A stretch of 64,000 bases of DNA from an uncultured virus (IMG/VR IMGVR_UViG_3300037088_000381) (taxonomy: Duplodnaviria; Heunggongvirae; Uroviricota; Caudoviricetes): IMG/VR virus record IMGVR_UViG_3300037088_000381. One strand, given 5' to 3'. Positions 61,154 to 64,000 of this stretch are shown here, piece by piece (positions within the stretch are counted from its first letter, which is position 1; the number at the start of each line of letters is the position of its first letter). The notes beneath the pieces were generated by a model, which saw only the letters and a program-made list of their open reading frames with translations, had not been told where the DNA came from and did not search any database. The position numbers were made by a program, and so were the translations under genes.

Positions 61154-62560
61154 ATGAGCTTAAAATTACCCAGCGATGTAACTAACTTCCCGTTGTTCTA
61201 TAATGAAAACCGTAAAGAGATGAATAGAATTCTCATTGCAGTGTGTAGGAAGCATCAGTTAATCCTGACTCTTCAACATATGGAAATCGAGGATATGTGC
61301 AATGAGCTCTATATCAAACTTGCTGATTCAAGCGTGTTAAGTGATTTCGATCCTAAGCAATCACAACTCCATACATACATGACCAACCGAGCAAGGCATT
61401 ATGCTCAGCATTTAGTAACAAAATTAAAAACCAAACATGAAAAGTCAGGTCAAGCCGTTTCATTCCAGGAACTTAACGCTCTAGGTGATAACGATCTCGC
61501 TCCTGAATTACCTTCTCGAGAAAAAGGTATCGATCAAGAAATAGTCTTTAAAGATATCATCGAACGAGTAAAAGAAAAATGTCCAAATAATTTAAAGCTT
61601 CTCAGCTTTTTAGAGAACGATGTAAGTATTCTTGATATAGCAAAACACATGGGAGTATCTACTGCCTGTGTAAGAATACAACTCAACTCATTAAGGAAAA
61701 CTCTTAAACCCCTTTACACTGAGGTCTCCGAGGAAGTCCCAGTAAAAGAAGTACATCATGATAAACCTGCAACGAAAGTTAGCAGCATAGTAAAAATAGA
61801 TAACAGTATTGTTAAAATTAACGAACCAAAAATCGAGACCGTCAAACTTATAGTCGAACCAAAAATCGAACCAGTAGACACAAACACAATAGCTACTGTA
61901 GTGAAGCCAATCAAAAAATCAAAACCAATCAAAAAGGAGATTTATATGATGAACAAAAATCATCATGCCATCGAAAAGAAACGCCCCCTTACCAAAAATG
62001 AAATCAAGAAAATCAAAGACAGATTCATTGAGCTTGATGGTGTCATACCATACAAAACCTGGTCAAAGCTTAAAGAAACGATGAAGTCCGATATTAGTGT
62101 GTATCAAATCTCCGGCGAAGGTGTGAAGTTTCATAATGAAGTCAAAAACGGCAGCATCATACTCAAAGATAAAAAGGCCTATGAAAAAGCCCTCGAAGCA
62201 AAACATGAAAAATGGAAAACTTATGATTCTCCACGGTATAGAAAAATGTCTGAAGGGATAAAGACTGATACCAAAACGGCAGTGGCCAAGATCAAAGCTA
62301 GAACCAAGAGCCAGATGAAAGCCGTAACCAAGACTATCAAAGCCAAAGCACCTATCAAGACTCTTAAAGTCAAAGCGATCGAACACAAAACCGAGGTCAA
62401 AAAGATTCCCGTACGCATCGCCATCCTCAAACATGATCTTACTTGGGAAGAACGTAAGATTCTGACCGAGACCAAGGTGGTGGATAAGTTCGAGATCCCC
62501 GGACTCCTGGGCATGGAAAAAGTGCCTGATGACGTGGCCGATTTCGTGGTCCTTGCTTAA
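61154..62560 (+). CDS. ECF/sigma70-like factor fused to the unnamed ~90-aa domain
   Basis: EDM.NE..IKL......FDP.....TY...RA (region 2); S..DIAKHMGVS...VR..L..LRK (region 4); internal AAGGAG RBS plus ATG at 61946. Confidence 0.7.
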   Translation: MSLKLPSDVTNFPLFYNENRKEMNRILIAVCRKHQLILTLQHMEIEDMCNELYIKLADSSVLSDFDPKQSQLHTYMTNRARHYAQHLVTKLKTKHEKSGQAVSFQELNALGDNDLAPELPSREKGIDQEIVFKDIIERVKEKCPNNLKLLSFLENDVSILDIAKHMGVSTACVRIQLNSLRKTLKPLYTEVSEEVPVKEVHHDKPATKVSSIVKIDNSIVKINEPKIETVKLIVEPKIEPVDTNTIATVVKPIKKSKPIKKEIYMMNKNHHAIEKKRPLTKNEIKKIKDRFIELDGVIPYKTWSKLKETMKSDISVYQISGEGVKFHNEVKNGSIILKDKKAYEKALEAKHEKWKTYDSPRYRKMSEGIKTDTKTAVAKIKARTKSQMKAVTKTIKAKAPIKTLKVKAIEHKTEVKKIPVRIAILKHDLTWEERKILTETKVVDKFEIPGLLGMEKVPDDVADFVVLA

Positions 62561-62685
62561 AGATACTTGAAGCGCTTGTGGGCAGAAATGTCCACAAGCT
62601 TACTACGGTTCTGCAGTGTGTACCCATAAAGGTCTGTTATACTCCTAAAGCATCATTACTATACCTAAAAAGGGCTATTATCATT

Positions 62686-64000
62686 ATGTCTAAAAACATC
62701 TTTCTCGATTACGTATTAGCTGGCTATCCTCTGTTATGGGTATCAACTTATGAAGAGTACCGTGCTATGACAACCTTTGCCCGAGAACTCGGTGCATCAA
62801 AGAAACAATACTCGTACTACTCCTGGGATAGAGCAGCAGGATTACAGTCCTATGAATTGGTAAAGGGTATTCTTAAGGCCACCACTTTTAAGGTAGAGGA
62901 TTCAATAGTCTTTAAAGAGATCGATGATCCCCTTAGCGTTTTAAGATGGGCCGAAAAAGATCTTCCAGAAGATTCAATTCTTTTCCTTAAAGATTACCAC
63001 CACTATGCCAAAAAAGACATCATAAGCCGTACAATAAGAAACCTTATTCCTTCTTTCAAAGCACAAAGCAAGGTTTTAACAATCCTTTCACACACAGTAG
63101 ACATCCCGATCGAGATCGAAAAAGAAATCACTGTCGTTAACTTCAAACTTCCAGATATGGATCAATTACGAATCACCCTAAAGAAAATATGCGAGGACTG
63201 CAGTTCTCCTGGACGTGTCGTGGAATACCCTAAAGATGATGAAGAAATTCTCAAAGCCAGCCTGGGCATGACCTCGGCTGAAGCTGAGAATGCCTTTGCT
63301 TTATCCATGATCGAGAAAAAGAAATTCGATCCTGCTATTATCTGCCGGGAAAAAGCAGCCATTGTTAAAAAGACAGGCCTCTTAGAGGTCATTGAATCTA
63401 ACCTAACCTTAGAGGATGTTGGAGGTCTCGAGACCTTAAAAGGATGGCTTGAAGCACGTAAAGACTGCTTCTCCGAAAAGGCTAAAGCATTCCGTATTGA
63501 TCCTCCAAAAGGTATCCTCCTTATCGGAGTCCCTGGTACAGGTAAAAGCCTTGTTGCCAAGGCCATTGCATCTGCTTGGAAACGCCCCTTATTAAGACTT
63601 GAAATGGGTAAGGTATACGGTTCCCTCGTAGGAGAATCAGAAGGTAACTTACGTAAGTGCCTCCATATTGCAGAAGCTGTTTCGCCCTGCGTTTTGTTCA
63701 TTGACGAATTAGAAAAAGCATTTGCAGGAGCCAAGACCGGGGCAGGAGACTCGGGTGTGTCCAGAAGACTTTTTGGATCATTCCTTACTTGGTTGCAAGA
63801 AAAAACGGCTGACGTGTTTCTGGTTGCTACAGCCAATGATGTTCAAGATCTTCCTCCCGAACTCCTCCGTGGAGGTCGTTTTGATTCTATCTTCTGGGTA
63901 GACCTACCCGAAGAAGAACAGCGTAAAGAAATTATCAGCATTCATTTATCCAAAGTGGGTCGTTCAGCGAATAAGTATAATAGAGAGATATTAGTCAAAG
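62686..64000 (+). CDS. Ycf46-like AAA+ ATPase (runs off the window end; absent from the ORF track)
   Basis: Manual translation from ATG 62686: AGYPLLWV.TYEE.R, LKDYH, DVGGLETLK.W, PKGILLIGVPGTGKSL.AK, GESE, FIDELEK, LTWLQE, TAN..LPPELLR.GRFD. Confidence 0.9.
   Translation, partial: MSKNIFLDYVLAGYPLLWVSTYEEYRAMTTFARELGASKKQYSYYSWDRAAGLQSYELVKGILKATTFKVEDSIVFKEIDDPLSVLRWAEKDLPEDSILFLKDYHHYAKKDIISRTIRNLIPSFKAQSKVLTILSHTVDIPIEIEKEITVVNFKLPDMDQLRITLKKICEDCSSPGRVVEYPKDDEEILKASLGMTSAEAENAFALSMIEKKKFDPAIICREKAAIVKKTGLLEVIESNLTLEDVGGLETLKGWLEARKDCFSEKAKAFRIDPPKGILLIGVPGTGKSLVAKAIASAWKRPLLRLEMGKVYGSLVGESEGNLRKCLHIAEAVSPCVLFIDELEKAFAGAKTGAGDSGVSRRLFGSFLTWLQEKTADVFLVATANDVQDLPPELLRGGRFDSIFWVDLPEEEQRKEIISIHLSKVGRSANKYNREILVK

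Noticed and set aside
63162..63836. 224-aa minus-strand ORF
   Set aside because: It is the antisense shadow of the plus-strand AAA ATPase starting at 62686
1..64000. tRNA/rRNA genes, alternative genetic code, DGR or retron reverse transcriptase
   Set aside because: No cloverleaf or T-loop signature was seen, long genes are intact in code 11, and no RT motifs were found

Overview
A 64-kb segment of a large (jumbo or huge) bacteriophage genome in standard genetic code. It consists of dense, almost entirely plus-strand short ORFs with AGGAG ribosome-binding sites; I recognised no virion structural genes and no tRNAs. Recognisable products are ClpS, a WGR-domain DNA ligase, a second minimal ligase, RtcB, a MoxR-AAA/VWA-peptidase pair, a metallophosphoesterase, an Imm-like superinfection protein, a pilin-like protein, a HAD nucleotidase, an FtsK motor, DUF1257/DUF2997 with a Ycf46-like AAA ATPase, and a sigma-like protein. 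The main named feature is a complete CRISPR-Cas system (40.4-49.9 kb) that looks chimeric: an I-B-like Cas8/(internal Cas11)/Cas7/Cas5/Cas3 module joined to I-E-type Cas6e/Cas1/Cas2, with a 27-repeat array whose repeat fuses an I-E hairpin to an I-B-like ATTGAA handle. Signals that the gene calls do not explain: (i) a ~25-aa 'LPLL...E..LK' tag on about 17 unrelated proteins; (ii) strand-biased GTCTGG enrichment near the left end; (iii) five 28-bp palindromes around an abrupt GC-skew switch near 5.85 kb (candidate origin); (iv) a covarying repeated hairpin element; (v) an unnamed ~90-aa domain in three copies, one fused to a sigma-like protein. Family assignments come from motif recognition by eye; no database searches were run, and all counts are manual.
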